Shown here one piece after another: positions 31,301 through 41,115 of a stretch of DNA of 64,000 bases. The stretch is from Candidatus Eiseniibacteriota bacterium (GTDB taxonomy: Bacteria; Eisenbacteria; RBG-16-71-46). The stretch's first letter is position 1; the number at the start of each line of letters is the position of its first letter. The DNA is taken from the NCBI GenBank assembly GCA_963776245.1, contig CAVZLN010000005.1, positions 1 through 64,000 on the forward strand, written 5' to 3'. The notes under the pieces are model-generated. The model saw nothing but the letters and a program-made list of their open reading frames with translations. It was not told where the DNA came from and made no database searches. Made by a program: the position numbers and the translations under genes.

Positions 31301-31900
31301 GCACACCAGCAGCGCGGCCACCGGGAGCACGAACACCAGCACCGCGCTCCGCGATTTCTCCCCGATGTACATCGAGACCCCGGCGAAGAACACCACGAAC
31401 GGCAGGCCGATGGTGACGAGCGGCACCAGGTAGTGCCCGAGCACGAACGGACCGCGGATCTCGTTCGCGTGGGCGTTGGGGACGACGTGATTGAAGAACG
31501 CGCTGGTGGCGAGCTGCCACAGCAACAGCACGGCGAAGCCGCCCACCACCGCGGCGAACCGTCCCCACACGTACTCGCTGGGCGTGAGCGGCGTGGAATG
31601 CAGCAACACGTCCACCCGCGTCTCGCGGTCGCGCAGCAGCGTCAGGCCGGCGGCGGCGGCGAGGAAGAAGGCGTAGTAGAGCAGCGTCAGGTAGGTCGTG
31701 GTCTGAGTCTGGGCGAACTCCGAGGTGATCCAGGCCTTGGTGCCGCCCACCGAGCTGTCGCCCGAGCTGATGCGCATGGACCCGGTGGACAGGCCCCAGG
31801 CGCTGAGCGTGAGGATGAGCGCCAGCGCGATGAACAGCGGTCGGCGGAACGAGTGCCCGAACTCCACGCCGAAACTGGCGCCGAGGCGACGCGGGTCCAT
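28304..31900 (-). CDS. ABC-2 permease (duplicated) fused to M1-family aminopeptidase
   Basis: Two TM bundles ('RDRETR...STP', 'RERTTG...ATP'); 'HEAAHQWWG...LSEGMA'; 'VDPD' tail. Confidence 0.9.
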   Translation of the reverse strand: MDPRRLGASFGVEFGHSFRRPLFIALALILTLSAWGLSTGSMRISSGDSSVGGTKAWITSEFAQTQTTTYLTLLYYAFFLAAAAGLTLLRDRETRVDVLLHSTPLTPSEYVWGRFAAVVGGFAVLLLWQLATSAFFNHVVPNAHANEIRGPFVLGHYLVPLVTIGLPFVVFFAGVSMYIGEKSRSAVLVFVLPVAALLVCGFFLWTWSPSWLDLRLNRLMQVLDPTGYRWLNETHLKVDRGVAFYNTRAVPYDLLFWINRLWLLGTGLGFVGLTQHAVARSLRGEVASRADRRSARADAPGERPEEAPALGALRMISRAPAALAGVGAVARAELRELRGQAGLYIFVPLILLQVLGNVLLATGAFDTPLLLTPGNTAVAVANQISTLVCLLLLFYTVESLERERTTGLAPILYATPMRTTGLLLGKALANSVVVLAILLASLAACAIALLVQGIVPFSLVPYLLIWVLLLVPTFLAWTAFVTAVYAWLGNRYATYSICLGLIIFTGYRLFTDGVNWAGNWPLWGVLRWSDLGFFETDRVALILNRVMVLGAAAFFTVLAVRLFGRRDADPVQTLHRLAPAQFARTCVRLGLYAVVPLAACVALIFLVDQGIGGGVAKKAGKDYWGRNLKTWLDAPLPVIARFGVAVRLDPARHGIASAGAVTLVNDLDSTIARIPLTGGLHWEHLKWTLDGRPYVPADERHLFVFTPPAPLAKGDSVVIGWSWDGRFPGGVTKNGENTPEFILPSGVVLTGFTPSFSPVLGFMDGVGVDKDNRTDARRYSRDYWKGITRAGYGATAWFPARVSITAPAAYTLNSVGVCTSDSVRDGWRTQVWETDHPVKILNIVAGRWQARPGHGTTIYHAAAHPYNVQQMSAALDASRRWYSEWFLPYPWRDLKLSEFPGLAGYAQGFGTNITFSENIGFLTKNDARTDATFLVTAHEAAHQWWGNILTPANGPGGDFLSEGMAHFSTLLLFEQVRGPRGRMEFARGIEARYGDRRRPDDERPMYDVDGSRRSDNSVIYDRGGWVFWMLYDFLGHERALAGYRDFIRTWSVSRDHPALQDFVAAMRPFAEDPAAYDAFVKQWFEDKAMPQYRITRAVRAPAGTGYDVAVTVTNSGTGRMPVEIAATAGERWVKAARGQTVAPSVQDSRYRDTRARVTLGAGESRSLTLRCAFKPEKVVVDPDVRVLQLNRKLAEARL

Positions 31901-31904
31901 CGCA

Positions 31905-32837
31905 TCACCTCCCGGCCAGCGCCGGCGCCGCCGGACCGCGCTCGGCGGACGGCGGGGCGGCGGCCAGCGCGCCCTGCCGCATGAGCACCAGGTAGGCGTC
32001 CTCGAGCGTCGCGCTCACCGGCGCGAACCCGGGCGGCGGCGCGCCGGACGGGTCGTAGATGCGCGCGCGGTTGCGGCCCTCCACCAGCAGCGCCTGCGTG
32101 ACCATGCGCTCGGCGCGCAGCCGCGGCAGGTCCTCCACGCCCACGGTGCCCTCGAAGATGTGCCCGCTGATGGCGGCGCGCGCCTCGCCCGGCGCGGTCA
32201 GCGCCAGCAGCCGGCCGGCCCGGATCACGGCGAACCGCGGGCAGAGCACCGCGACGTCTTCCACGATGTGGGTCGAGAGCAGCACGATGCGATCCGCGGC
32301 CAGTTCCGAGAGCAGGCGGTAGAAGCGCAGGCGCTCCTCCGGGTCGAGCCCGGCGGTCGGCTCGTCCACGATGATCAGCCGCGGGTCCCCCGCGATGGCC
32401 TGCGCGATGCCGAGGCGCTGGCGCATGCCGCCCGAGTATCCCTTCACCGCGCGCTTCGCCGCGAAACCCAGGTTCACGCGCTCCAGCAGCTCGGCGACCA
32501 GCTTCCGGCGGCCCTGCGGCGCCTCGACGCCCTTGAGCACCAGCAGGTGGTCGAGCATGGCCTCGCCGGTGAGGTGGGGATAGAAGCCGAACTCCTGCGG
32601 CAGGTAGCCGAGGCGCGGCCACAGGCTCGCGGGGTCGCCGAGGATGTCCGCGCCGTCCAGCGTGACGGTGCCCGCGGTGGGCTCGAGCAGTCCGGCGATG
32701 ATCTTCATGAGCGTGGACTTGCCGGCGCCGTTGGGTCCCAGCAGTCCGAACATGCCGGGGGGCACATCGAGGTCGATGCCGTTCAGCGCGGTCACCGCAC
32801 CCGGGTAGACCTTGACCAGGCCACGGACGCTCAGCAT
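31905..32837 (-). CDS. ABC transporter ATP-binding protein
   Basis: 'GPNGAGKST', 'YSGGMRQR', 'VDEPT', 'STH'; RBS gaggag before ATG 32837. Confidence 0.95.
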   Translation of the reverse strand: MLSVRGLVKVYPGAVTALNGIDLDVPPGMFGLLGPNGAGKSTLMKIIAGLLEPTAGTVTLDGADILGDPASLWPRLGYLPQEFGFYPHLTGEAMLDHLLVLKGVEAPQGRRKLVAELLERVNLGFAAKRAVKGYSGGMRQRLGIAQAIAGDPRLIIVDEPTAGLDPEERLRFYRLLSELAADRIVLLSTHIVEDVAVLCPRFAVIRAGRLLALTAPGEARAAISGHIFEGTVGVEDLPRLRAERMVTQALLVEGRNRARIYDPSGAPPPGFAPVSATLEDAYLVLMRQGALAAAPPSAERGPAAPALAGR

Positions 32838-33002
32838 GGGTTCCTCCTCGATGCGGATGCGGCTTGGGGATGGCGGCATGGGGCCGGGGACGCGCGGATC
32901 CGCCGCCGGGGCGTGGACCACCGTGACCGAGTGCCCTACGTGAAGCGAGCGAGCGAAGTTGCGCATCCCGCGGGGCGGCTCTCGCCGCGGCCGCCCCGCG
33001 GG

Positions 33003-33284
33003 TCAGGCGACCGGGCGGTTGAACCTCAGCTTGCCCGCGAGCACCGCGCCCGCCAGCACCAGGCTGGCGACGTTCGCGAGCACCAGTGGCAGCGAACGGA
33101 TCAAGACGCCGTAGACGATCCACATCAGCACTCCGGCCACCAGGATCAGGTACATCGCCAGCGAGATGTCCTCGGCGGAGCGGGTCCGCCACACGCGGAC
33201 CACCTGGGGCACGAAGGCCAGCGTGGTGCAGGCGGCGGCGATGAATCCGATGACTTCGGCCAAATCGATCTCCGTGCCGGCCAT
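33003..33284 (-). CDS. SemiSWEET/PQ-loop sugar transporter
   Basis: 'TTLAFVPQV...TRSAEDIS...W..YG...PL..AN'; 3 TM helices. Confidence 0.92.
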   Translation of the reverse strand: MAGTEIDLAEVIGFIAAACTTLAFVPQVVRVWRTRSAEDISLAMYLILVAGVLMWIVYGVLIRSLPLVLANVASLVLAGAVLAGKLRFNRPVA

Positions 33285-33321
33285 GGACGGCGTTCCCTCG
33301 TTCGCGATCCCGCGGCGACCT

Positions 33322-36300
33322 CTACCGCGGCAGCGCCTTGAGCTCCCGCTGCTCGGCCTCCCACCAGAACGCGCCGCGCGGCCGCTTCCGCGGGGCGATC
33401 TCGTCCATCGTGGCGGCGTCGTACAGCCGGCCGTTCAGCATCACCTGGCGCACGCTCTCGGTGTTGCGGATGTCGGCGAGCGGGTCGCGGTCCATGACCA
33501 CCAGGTCGGCGAGCTTGCCCGGCTCGAGCGAGCCCAGGTCGCGGTCGTAGCCCAGGTACTGCGCCCCGCCGAGCGAGGCGCAGCGCAGCGCCTCGTGCGG
33601 CGTCATGCCGCCCTGCACCAGGCTCCAGATCTCCCAGTGCGCCCCCAGTCCCTCGCGCTGTCCGTGCGCGCCGATCTGCACGCCGACGCCGGCGCGGTGG
33701 AGCTTGGCGGCCTCCTCGGCGACGGTGATGTGGTTCCACTCGTCGTCCGGCGCCGTGACCGGGCGGCGCGCGCGCGCGTCGAGGATGCGGCGCGGCACGA
33801 ACGCCTGCAGGCGCTCGTCGGCCCACACCGGGGTCTTGGCGTACCAGTAGTGCTCGCCGTCGAGGCCGCCGTAGGCGACGTTGAAGGTCGGCGTGTAGCC
33901 CGACCCGGGTCTGGCTCCACAGCTGCACCACGTCGTCGTACACCCGCGCGATCGGGCAGCGCGTGCTCGACGCCGGTGTGACCGTCGATCACCATGGTCA
34001 TGTTGTGCGGGTACAGCGCGCCGCCCTCGGGCACCACGTTGACGTGCAGCTGGCGCGCGGCCTCGAGCACCTGCTGGCGCTGGTCGCGGCGCGGCTGGTT
34101 GTAGCTCTTCACGCTGGTGGCGCCGTAGGCCTGCATGCGGCGCAGGTGCATGAGCGCGTCGCCGAGGCTGTCCACGTCGGCGCGGATGTCGCCCTTGGCG
34201 CCGTAGAGGATGGTGCCGGTCGAGAAGATGCGCGGCGCCACGATCAGCCCGGCCCGCTGCATCTCGCCCTGGGTGAAGATCTCGCCCGAGTCGTTGGACG
34301 GATCGTGCAGCGTGGTGACGCCGAAGGCGAGCGAGGCGTAGTCGATCCACGACGTCTGCGGGATGATCTGGTCGGCGCCCATCCCGCCGTGCCAGTGCAC
34401 GTCCACGAAGCCGGGCACGATGGTCTTGCCCCGGGCGTCGATCACCGACGCGCCCGCCGGCACCGTCACCTTCGCGCGCGGGCCGATGGCGGCGATGCGG
34501 CCGCCGGTCACGACGATCGTCGCCGTCCTCGATGATCTCGTCGCCGCGCATGGTCACGAGGCGCGCGCCGGTGAGCGCGATGCTGCCCGCCGGCCGGTCG
34601 AGCGCGTAGTCGAAGCCGACGTCCTGGTGGCGCACCGGCGTGTCGGCGCAGCGAGTCGGGCGCCCCCGGCGCGAAGGTGAAGAGCTCCTTCAGCTCGCGC
34701 GTGCAGAGCTCCGGCCCCAGCGACCAGTGCAGCGCGCGCGAGTCGCCCGACCAGCCCGAGGTAGTCGCCGGCGTCCTTCGACACCAGCCGCACCGGGACG
34801 GTCTTGGCGCCCGGGCCCATGTCGATGGGGCTGCCCGGTGCGGGTGAAGGGCGCCACCCAGAGCCTTGTACTTCTCGCGGAAGGCGATCCACTTCTCGTC
34901 GGGCGAGAGCCGGGCCTCGGTGAAGTACACGCCCTTCAGGTGCGCGTGCTCGTGCGGCGCCGTCGAGGTCGATGCTGAACAGCGTGCGCTCGTCCTCGTC
35001 GGCGCCCGCGATGTCCACCAGGAACACGCGGTCGCTGGCGGCGCCGAAGTGCGGCCACTGCCCCTTGCGCGTGACCAGCCGCGACGCGCCGCCCGCCGCG
35101 GGCACGCGGAAGATGCCGGTCTCGCGCGACCACTCGGGCGAGAACAGGTAGCCGCCGCCCTCGGCGCGATAGACGATGGTCGCGCCGTCCGGCGAGAACA
35201 CCGGCTCGACGTAGTGCCCGGGCTGCTGCGTCACCACGCGGCCGGCGCCGCCGGCGGCCGGCACCACCCGCACCGTGCCGAGTTTCGCGTCGTCCCAGCC
35301 CACGTACACGATCGACCGGCCGTCGCGCGACCACGACGGGTAGAACTCCCAGTGGTCGGTCTGCGTGGTGAGCCGCTTCGGCATGCCGTTCGGCAACGCC
35401 TTCACGTACAGGTGGCCCATCGCCGAGTACACGACGCGGTCGCCCTGGGGCGACACGGTGACCCAGCGCAGCATGCGCGCGTGCATCGAGTCGGGCGCCA
35501 CCGCGACCGGGAAGCGCACCGCCTCGGACACGCGGCGCGCGTCCTTCACGTGGAACGGGATGTCGCGCACCGCGCGCGTCGCCACGTCGAGGCGATGGAT
35601 GCCGCCGCGGGCCCAGAACACCAGCGCGCGCGAGTCGGGCGTCCACGCCATGCCCGGATAGACGCCGTGCACCGCCCAGACCTCCTGCAGGTCGCGATCG
35701 AGCTGGGCGTCGAGCGGGCGCTCGGCCCCCGACGTCGACGTCGGCGACGTAGAGCACGCTCTGTCCGCGCACGCGGCGGATGAACGCCACGCTCTTGCCG
35801 TCGGGGGAAGGCGTCGGGCGGATCGAGCCGCCGGGACCGCCGAGGAACGTGGTGATCTCGCCGCTCTCGCGGTCGAGACGCTGGATCGACGTAGATCTGG
35901 GTGTTGCAGTCCTTGTTGTACTCGAACGTGCGGCCCGGCGGTCGCGTCCATGCTCCAGTAGAGGTACCTGCCGTCGGGCGAGAACGCGGGCTCGCCCTCG
36001 TCCTTCTGGTCGGTGCGGCGCTTGGTCATCTGCATGCCGTCGCCGCCGGTCCAGTGGTAGAGCCAGATCTCGCCCGCGCCCGCCGAGCGCGTCGAGGTGA
36101 AGTGCTTGCGCGCCGCGATGTACTCGCCGTCCGGGCGTCCACGCCGGGCTGTTGAGCAGCCGGTAGGTCTCCTTCGTGACCTGGCGCGGGTGCGAGCCGT
36201 CGCGGTCGATGATCCAGATGTTGTCGCCGCCGGCGCGGTCGCTGGTGAACGCGATGCGCCGTCCGTCGGGGCTGAAGCGCGGCTGCTCGTCCCACGCCAG

Positions 36301-36669
36301 GCCGCTGGTGAGCGCCCTCGCCTCGCCGCCCTCGATCGGGATCAGGTAGAGGTCGCCCAGCAGGTCGAACACGATCTGCTTGCCGTCCGGGCTGACGTCC
36401 ACGCTCATCCAGGTGCCCTGCTTCACGTCGAGGGTCACGTCATGGTGCGGCCCGGGAGGATCCGTCACGTCCCACTTGGCATCGGGTGACACCGTGGGCG
36501 CGTTCGCGCCCGAGGAGGCGGGCAGGATGGCCGAGGGCCCGAGCGCGCCGGGCCCGCCGTGATCGCCGTCCGCGCGAGCGTCGAGGGCGACGCACACGAG
36601 CGACACCAGCAGGGCGCACGCGGCGAGCGCGGCGGGGAAGCGATCGGGACGATGCACGCGGGTCTTCAT
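33322..36669 (-). CDS. Secreted amidohydrolase with PD40/TolB-like propeller repeats, many frameshifts
   Basis: 'GTWMSVDVSPDG..IVFDLLGDLY', repeated 'P.FSPDG'; 'PGFVDVHWH', 'KSYNQPRRDQRQQ', 'GAHGQREGLGAHWE', 'LGSLEPGKLADLV'. Confidence 0.88.
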
Positions 36670-36824
36670 CGGGGAGCCTCGCTGGGACGGGACCGGGGCC
36701 GGATCGGATGCCGCCGGGCACGATACACGAGCCCGCGGCCGCCGCGGGGACCAGGTGCGCGGCGCGCGGACGGGCGCGCCATCCATGGGGACGAGCGCGT
36801 GGTCCGTGGCCGCCCGCGGGGCGC

Positions 36825-37820
36825 TCAGCGCGCGCGCGCCGCCGCGGCCGCTTCAGCCATGCGCCCGACGATCTCGCCGGCCGGCTCGATCGCGTGGATG
36901 TCGCGCACACTCCTGCCCGCCTGCCAGAAGTCGAGCCGGCCGCTGGGGTCGAGCGACGCGCGCTTGAGCCGCCACGCCGAGCGCAGCGCGTAGAGCCCGC
37001 GCATCCAGTGGCGCGTGCGCCGCCCGCGCAGCAGCCAGCGCGCGAGCGGACCGGCCTCGAGCCCTTCGCGCCGCACGGTCGGAGTGGCGAGCACCGCGAC
37101 CGGCACCCCGGTGATGCGCCGGGTGAGCACCACGTCGTCCTCGCCGGCCGCGACGATGGCCGCCTTGTAGGCGTCGCTGGCGCGGCACTCCGGGGTCGCG
37201 ATGAAGCGCGTGCCCATCTGCACGCCGGCGTACCCGAGCGCCAGCGCGCGCACGAACCCGGCCCCGTCGCTCACGCCGCCGGCGCACAGCACCGGCAGGC
37301 CGAACGGCGCCAGCTCCCCGATGAGCGCCTCGGCGGTGCGCGGACCGGCGTGCCCGCCCGCCCGCGCGTTCACCGCGACCAGCCCGTGCACGCCGCCCTC
37401 GTGCGCCTTCGCGGCCCACTTGCTCTCGGTCACGTCGTGGTAGACGACCCCGCCCAGCGGCCGCACGCGCTCCACCACCCAGCGCGGATTGCCGAGCGAG
37501 GTGACGAAGAAGCGCACCCCTTCCTCGAGCGCCACGTCCACCCACTCGCGCATCTGCCGTTCGTAGCGGCGCGAGGTCTTCTCGATCAGCGCGTTCATGC
37601 CGATGGGCCGGTCGGTGAGCCGGCGGATGAGCCGCAGGCCGGCGCGGAAGTCGTGCCCGTGCACGTAGGTCATCGAGATCGGCTGGACCACGCCGATGCC
37701 GCCGGCCGCGGACACCGCGGCCACCAGTTCGGGATTGCTGCACGGGTACATCGCGCCGCACACGATCGGCACCTCGATGCCCACCTGGCGGGTGAATGCG
37801 GTCTCCACCCGTGGGGTCAC
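36825..37820 (-). CDS. Nitronate monooxygenase family flavoprotein
   Basis: 'PIVCGAM', 'AGGH.G', 'AGG..DG', '[12 protein letters not shown]', 'WQAG.SV'; GTG start overlaps the upstream stop. Confidence 0.88.
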   Translation of the reverse strand: MTPRVETAFTRQVGIEVPIVCGAMYPCSNPELVAAVSAAGGIGVVQPISMTYVHGHDFRAGLRLIRRLTDRPIGMNALIEKTSRRYERQMREWVDVALEEGVRFFVTSLGNPRWVVERVRPLGGVVYHDVTESKWAAKAHEGGVHGLVAVNARAGGHAGPRTAEALIGELAPFGLPVLCAGGVSDGAGFVRALALGYAGVQMGTRFIATPECRASDAYKAAIVAAGEDDVVLTRRITGVPVAVLATPTVRREGLEAGPLARWLLRGRRTRHWMRGLYALRSAWRLKRASLDPSGRLDFWQAGRSVRDIHAIEPAGEIVGRMAEAAAAARAR

Positions 37821-38302
37821 GCGACCACCCGGTCGAGCAGCCAGCGCACGGTGACGCGCGCGACCGGTTCGCCCGAGGCGTCGCGGATCTCGGCGACCAC
37901 GAGATGCTCGGTCGGGCCGTTCACCTCGGGCAGTCCCGCGCGGCACTCCGCCACCAGCACCCCGCGCGCCTTCTTGAGGTACTCGGTCGAGAGCGTGGTG
38001 ACGATGCCCCGCATCCCGGCGGGCAGTCCGGACAGCATGGCGAGCCCGCTGGTGAGCTCGCCGAGGTTCGCGAGCGCCACCGCGTGCACCGAGCGCAGGT
38101 GGTTCCGCACCGCGCCGCGCTCGCGCAGCGTGAGGCGCGCGTATCCGGGCGTGAGCTCGGCGACGCGCGCCCCCAGAGCACCGCTGTAGGGCGCGGTGAA
38201 GCGCAGGAGCAGGTTGAACGCCCACGCGCCGCCCGGCAGCGGCGCCAGCCGCCGCCACATCCCGAGCAGCAGGGTACCCGGTGCCTCGAGCGCGCGGGCC
38301 AT
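37817..38302 (-). CDS. Hotdog-fold thioesterase-like protein (DUF4442/PaaI)
   Basis: 'APYSG', 'NHL.SVHA.AL.NLGE', 'YLKKARG'. Confidence 0.85.
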   Translation of the reverse strand: MARALEAPGTLLLGMWRRLAPLPGGAWAFNLLLRFTAPYSGALGARVAELTPGYARLTLRERGAVRNHLRSVHAVALANLGELTSGLAMLSGLPAGMRGIVTTLSTEYLKKARGVLVAECRAGLPEVNGPTEHLVVAEIRDASGEPVARVTVRWLLDRVVA

Positions 38303-38485
38303 GGGCGGACACTCTAGGTGATATCCAGTGCTTCGGCATCCAGCGACGGGCAGCATCCGTCGCCGGGTGTCAGCAGCCACGAAGGGTCGCGACCTTGGCG
38401 CCTCCCCGCGAGGCGGGAGTAGAGTGCCAACAGTCCAGACTCGAAGTGCGCCTACGGTACTTCTCCTGCTCCTGGGAGGCCGCGC

Positions 38486-40987
38486 TTGACGCCGGAACAG
38501 CCGCTCCGCTCCCTCGCCCGGGTGCTCATCCTGCTCGTCCTCGCGCTTGCGGTGCCGAATGCAGCCCTTGGCCGGGCGGCTCCGGATCAGACGGAGTTGG
38601 CGCGCGAGGCGCGCGCGAGACTGGCGCAGGCCGCCGAGGACTCGGGGCTCGCCCCGTGGCAGCGCGATCTCATGCTGAGTTTGGCTCGCACGGGCACGAC
38701 TGGCGCGCTCGATCCTCCAGCGGCCGATCTCCGTGCCGCAGCGCCCGCGCTCGCGTCGGGAGCCGCGGACAGTGCGTGGAGTCGACTGGCGCCCAGCGCA
38801 CGGTACTGCCACAGCGCGATCTACGATGCGGTTCGCAACTGCATGGTGGTGTTCGGGGGCTACGAGGAATCCTTCGACTCCGGCGGCGGCTGGGAGCTGT
38901 CGCTGGCGGCCCCGGACGTCTGGGAGTTGTCGCTTGGGGACGTGCCGGCCTGGACGCCGCTGACTCCCGTGGGCACCCCGCCGAGCGCTCGGCAAGGTCA
39001 AAGCGCGATCTTCGATCCGGTGCGCGATCGCATGCTGGTGTTCGGGGGCTCCTCAGCCTCGGGCCTCTTCAACGACGTCTGGGCGCTGTCGCTGGGAGAC
39101 GGGCCCACCTGGACGCAGTTGACTCCCTCGGGCGTGCCGCCGAGCGCGCGGACCTTGCACAGTGCGATCTACGATCCGGTGCGCGACCACATGGTGGTGT
39201 TCGGCGGCTACGCCGAATCCGGCCGCCTCAACGACGTCTGGGAGTTGTCCCTGGCGGGCACGCCAGCCTGGATGCCGCTGACTCCCTCGGGCGCCCCGCC
39301 GAGCGCGCGGTACTTGCACAGCGCGATCTACGACCCCGTGCGCGACCGCATCGTCGCGTTCGGGGGTTCTTCAGGCTCCGGCTTCGTCAACGATATCTGG
39401 GCGCTGTCCCTGGCGGGGACACCGGCCTGGACGCCGCTGACTCCCTCGGGCACTGCGCCAAGTGCACGGTACGGCCACTGCACGATCTACGACCCCGTGC
39501 GCGACCGCATGGTGGTGTTCGGGGGCTACTCGGACAACTACATCAACGACGTGTGGGCGCTGTCGCTGGCGGGCACGCCGGCCTGGACGCCGCAGACTCC
39601 CCCGGGCACCCCGCAGAGCGGGCGGGCCTTGCACAGCGCGATCTACGACCCGGTGCGCGACCGCATCGTGGCGTTCGGGGGCCATTCGGGCTACTCCTTC
39701 CTCAGTGATGTCCAGGCGCTGTCGCTGGCGGGCGCGCCCGCTTGGGCGCAGTTGGCCACCCCGCCGATGGGGCGGTACGCCCATAGCGCGATCTACGATC
39801 CGGTGCGTGACCGCATGGTGGTGTTCGGGGGCCACTCGGATAACTTCGACCTCAACGACACTTGGACTCTGTCGCTGGCGGGGACACAGGCGTGGGCGCA
39901 GCTGACACCCTCCGGTACCCCGCCGAGCGGGCGGGGAGGCCACAGCGCGATCTACGATCCGGTGCGCGACCGCATGCTGGTGTTCGGGGGCAGTCCAGAC
40001 TCGGGCATCCTCAATGACGTCTGGGCGCTGTCGCTGGGGGACGTGCCAGCCTGGACGCCGTTGACTCCCTCGGGCACCCCGCCGAGCGCGCGGTACGCGC
40101 AAAGCGCGATCTACGACCCGGTGCGCGACCGCATGGTGGTGTTCGGGGGCTACTCGGGCTCCACCTTCCTCAACGACGCCTGGGTGCTGTCGCTGGCGGG
40201 GACACCGGCCTGGACGCAGCTGACTCCCTCGGGCCCCACGCCAGATGCACGGATTCGCCCCAGCGTGATCTACGACCCGGTGCGCGACCGCCTCGTCGTG
40301 TTCGGGGGCTCTCCAGGCTTCGGCTTTGTCAACGATATCTGGGCGCTGTCGCTGGCGGGGACACCGGCCTGGACGCAGCTGACTCCCCCGGGAATTGCGC
40401 CGGAAGCGCGGTGGGGCCCCAGCGCCATCTACGACCCGGTGTGCGACGGCATGGTGGTGTTCGGGGGTGCCTCATACTCGGGCCTCCTCAGCGACGTCTG
40501 GACGCTCTCGCTGGCGGGCCCGCCGGCCTGGACGCAGCTGACTCCCTCGGGCACCACGCCCAACGCACGTTTCGACACGAGCGTGATCTACGATCCGGTG
40601 CGAGACCACATGGTGGTGTTCGGAGGGCATTGGTGGGCTTACTACGTCAATGACGTCTGGACGCTGGGCTTCGTCCGCCCCGACGCCACCGGCGTAGAGC
40701 CGCAGCCGCTCATCAGTGGCCTGCGACCGCCCGCGCCGAATCCCACTCGGGCAACGGCAGCGGTGAGCTACACCCTCGCGCACGCGGGCCACGTCCAGCT
40801 CGGCGTCTACGATGTGTGCGGGCGGCTGGTGCACCAGCTCGTGGATGGTGAGCGACCTGCTGGAGTCGAGACGGTGGTGTGGAACGGGATGGACGAGTCA
40901 GGCGCCAGGCCGGGCGCCGGCGTGTACTTCGTCCGGCTGGCGGGGTCCGGGCTCCGCGAGACGCGCAGAGTGATCCTGCTGCGATAA
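38486..40987 (+). CDS. Secreted 12-repeat Kelch/galactose-oxidase-type propeller protein with FlgD-Ig C-terminus
   Basis: Signal peptide; 12 units of [17 protein letters not shown]...ND.W.LSL....W; tail 'PNP...YDVCGR...GVYFVRL'. Confidence 0.9.
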   Translation: MTPEQPLRSLARVLILLVLALAVPNAALGRAAPDQTELAREARARLAQAAEDSGLAPWQRDLMLSLARTGTTGALDPPAADLRAAAPALASGAADSAWSRLAPSARYCHSAIYDAVRNCMVVFGGYEESFDSGGGWELSLAAPDVWELSLGDVPAWTPLTPVGTPPSARQGQSAIFDPVRDRMLVFGGSSASGLFNDVWALSLGDGPTWTQLTPSGVPPSARTLHSAIYDPVRDHMVVFGGYAESGRLNDVWELSLAGTPAWMPLTPSGAPPSARYLHSAIYDPVRDRIVAFGGSSGSGFVNDIWALSLAGTPAWTPLTPSGTAPSARYGHCTIYDPVRDRMVVFGGYSDNYINDVWALSLAGTPAWTPQTPPGTPQSGRALHSAIYDPVRDRIVAFGGHSGYSFLSDVQALSLAGAPAWAQLATPPMGRYAHSAIYDPVRDRMVVFGGHSDNFDLNDTWTLSLAGTQAWAQLTPSGTPPSGRGGHSAIYDPVRDRMLVFGGSPDSGILNDVWALSLGDVPAWTPLTPSGTPPSARYAQSAIYDPVRDRMVVFGGYSGSTFLNDAWVLSLAGTPAWTQLTPSGPTPDARIRPSVIYDPVRDRLVVFGGSPGFGFVNDIWALSLAGTPAWTQLTPPGIAPEARWGPSAIYDPVCDGMVVFGGASYSGLLSDVWTLSLAGPPAWTQLTPSGTTPNARFDTSVIYDPVRDHMVVFGGHWWAYYVNDVWTLGFVRPDATGVEPQPLISGLRPPAPNPTRATAAVSYTLAHAGHVQLGVYDVCGRLVHQLVDGERPAGVETVVWNGMDESGARPGAGVYFVRLAGSGLRETRRVILLR
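38795..40672 (+). repeat. Twelve intragenic tandem repeats of about 159 bp
   Basis: Recurrent gcgatctacga[ct]ccggtgcgcgaccgcatggtggtgttcggggg and gctgtcgctggcgggg. Confidence 0.9.
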
Positions 40988-41115
40988 GGGCGATCGTGCC
41001 CCCATGAAGTCCTGCCATGAGTCGACGTCGATGCCGACTCATGGCGCTGGACACGCAGGTGACCGACCGGTCACGCGGCAGTACCCACATCACGGCATGC
41101 CGCGCGTTCTCGCTC

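Noticed and set aside
38795..40672. CRISPR array or DGR
   Set aside because: The repeats are about 159-bp in-frame coding units; no cas gene or reverse transcriptase is in the window.
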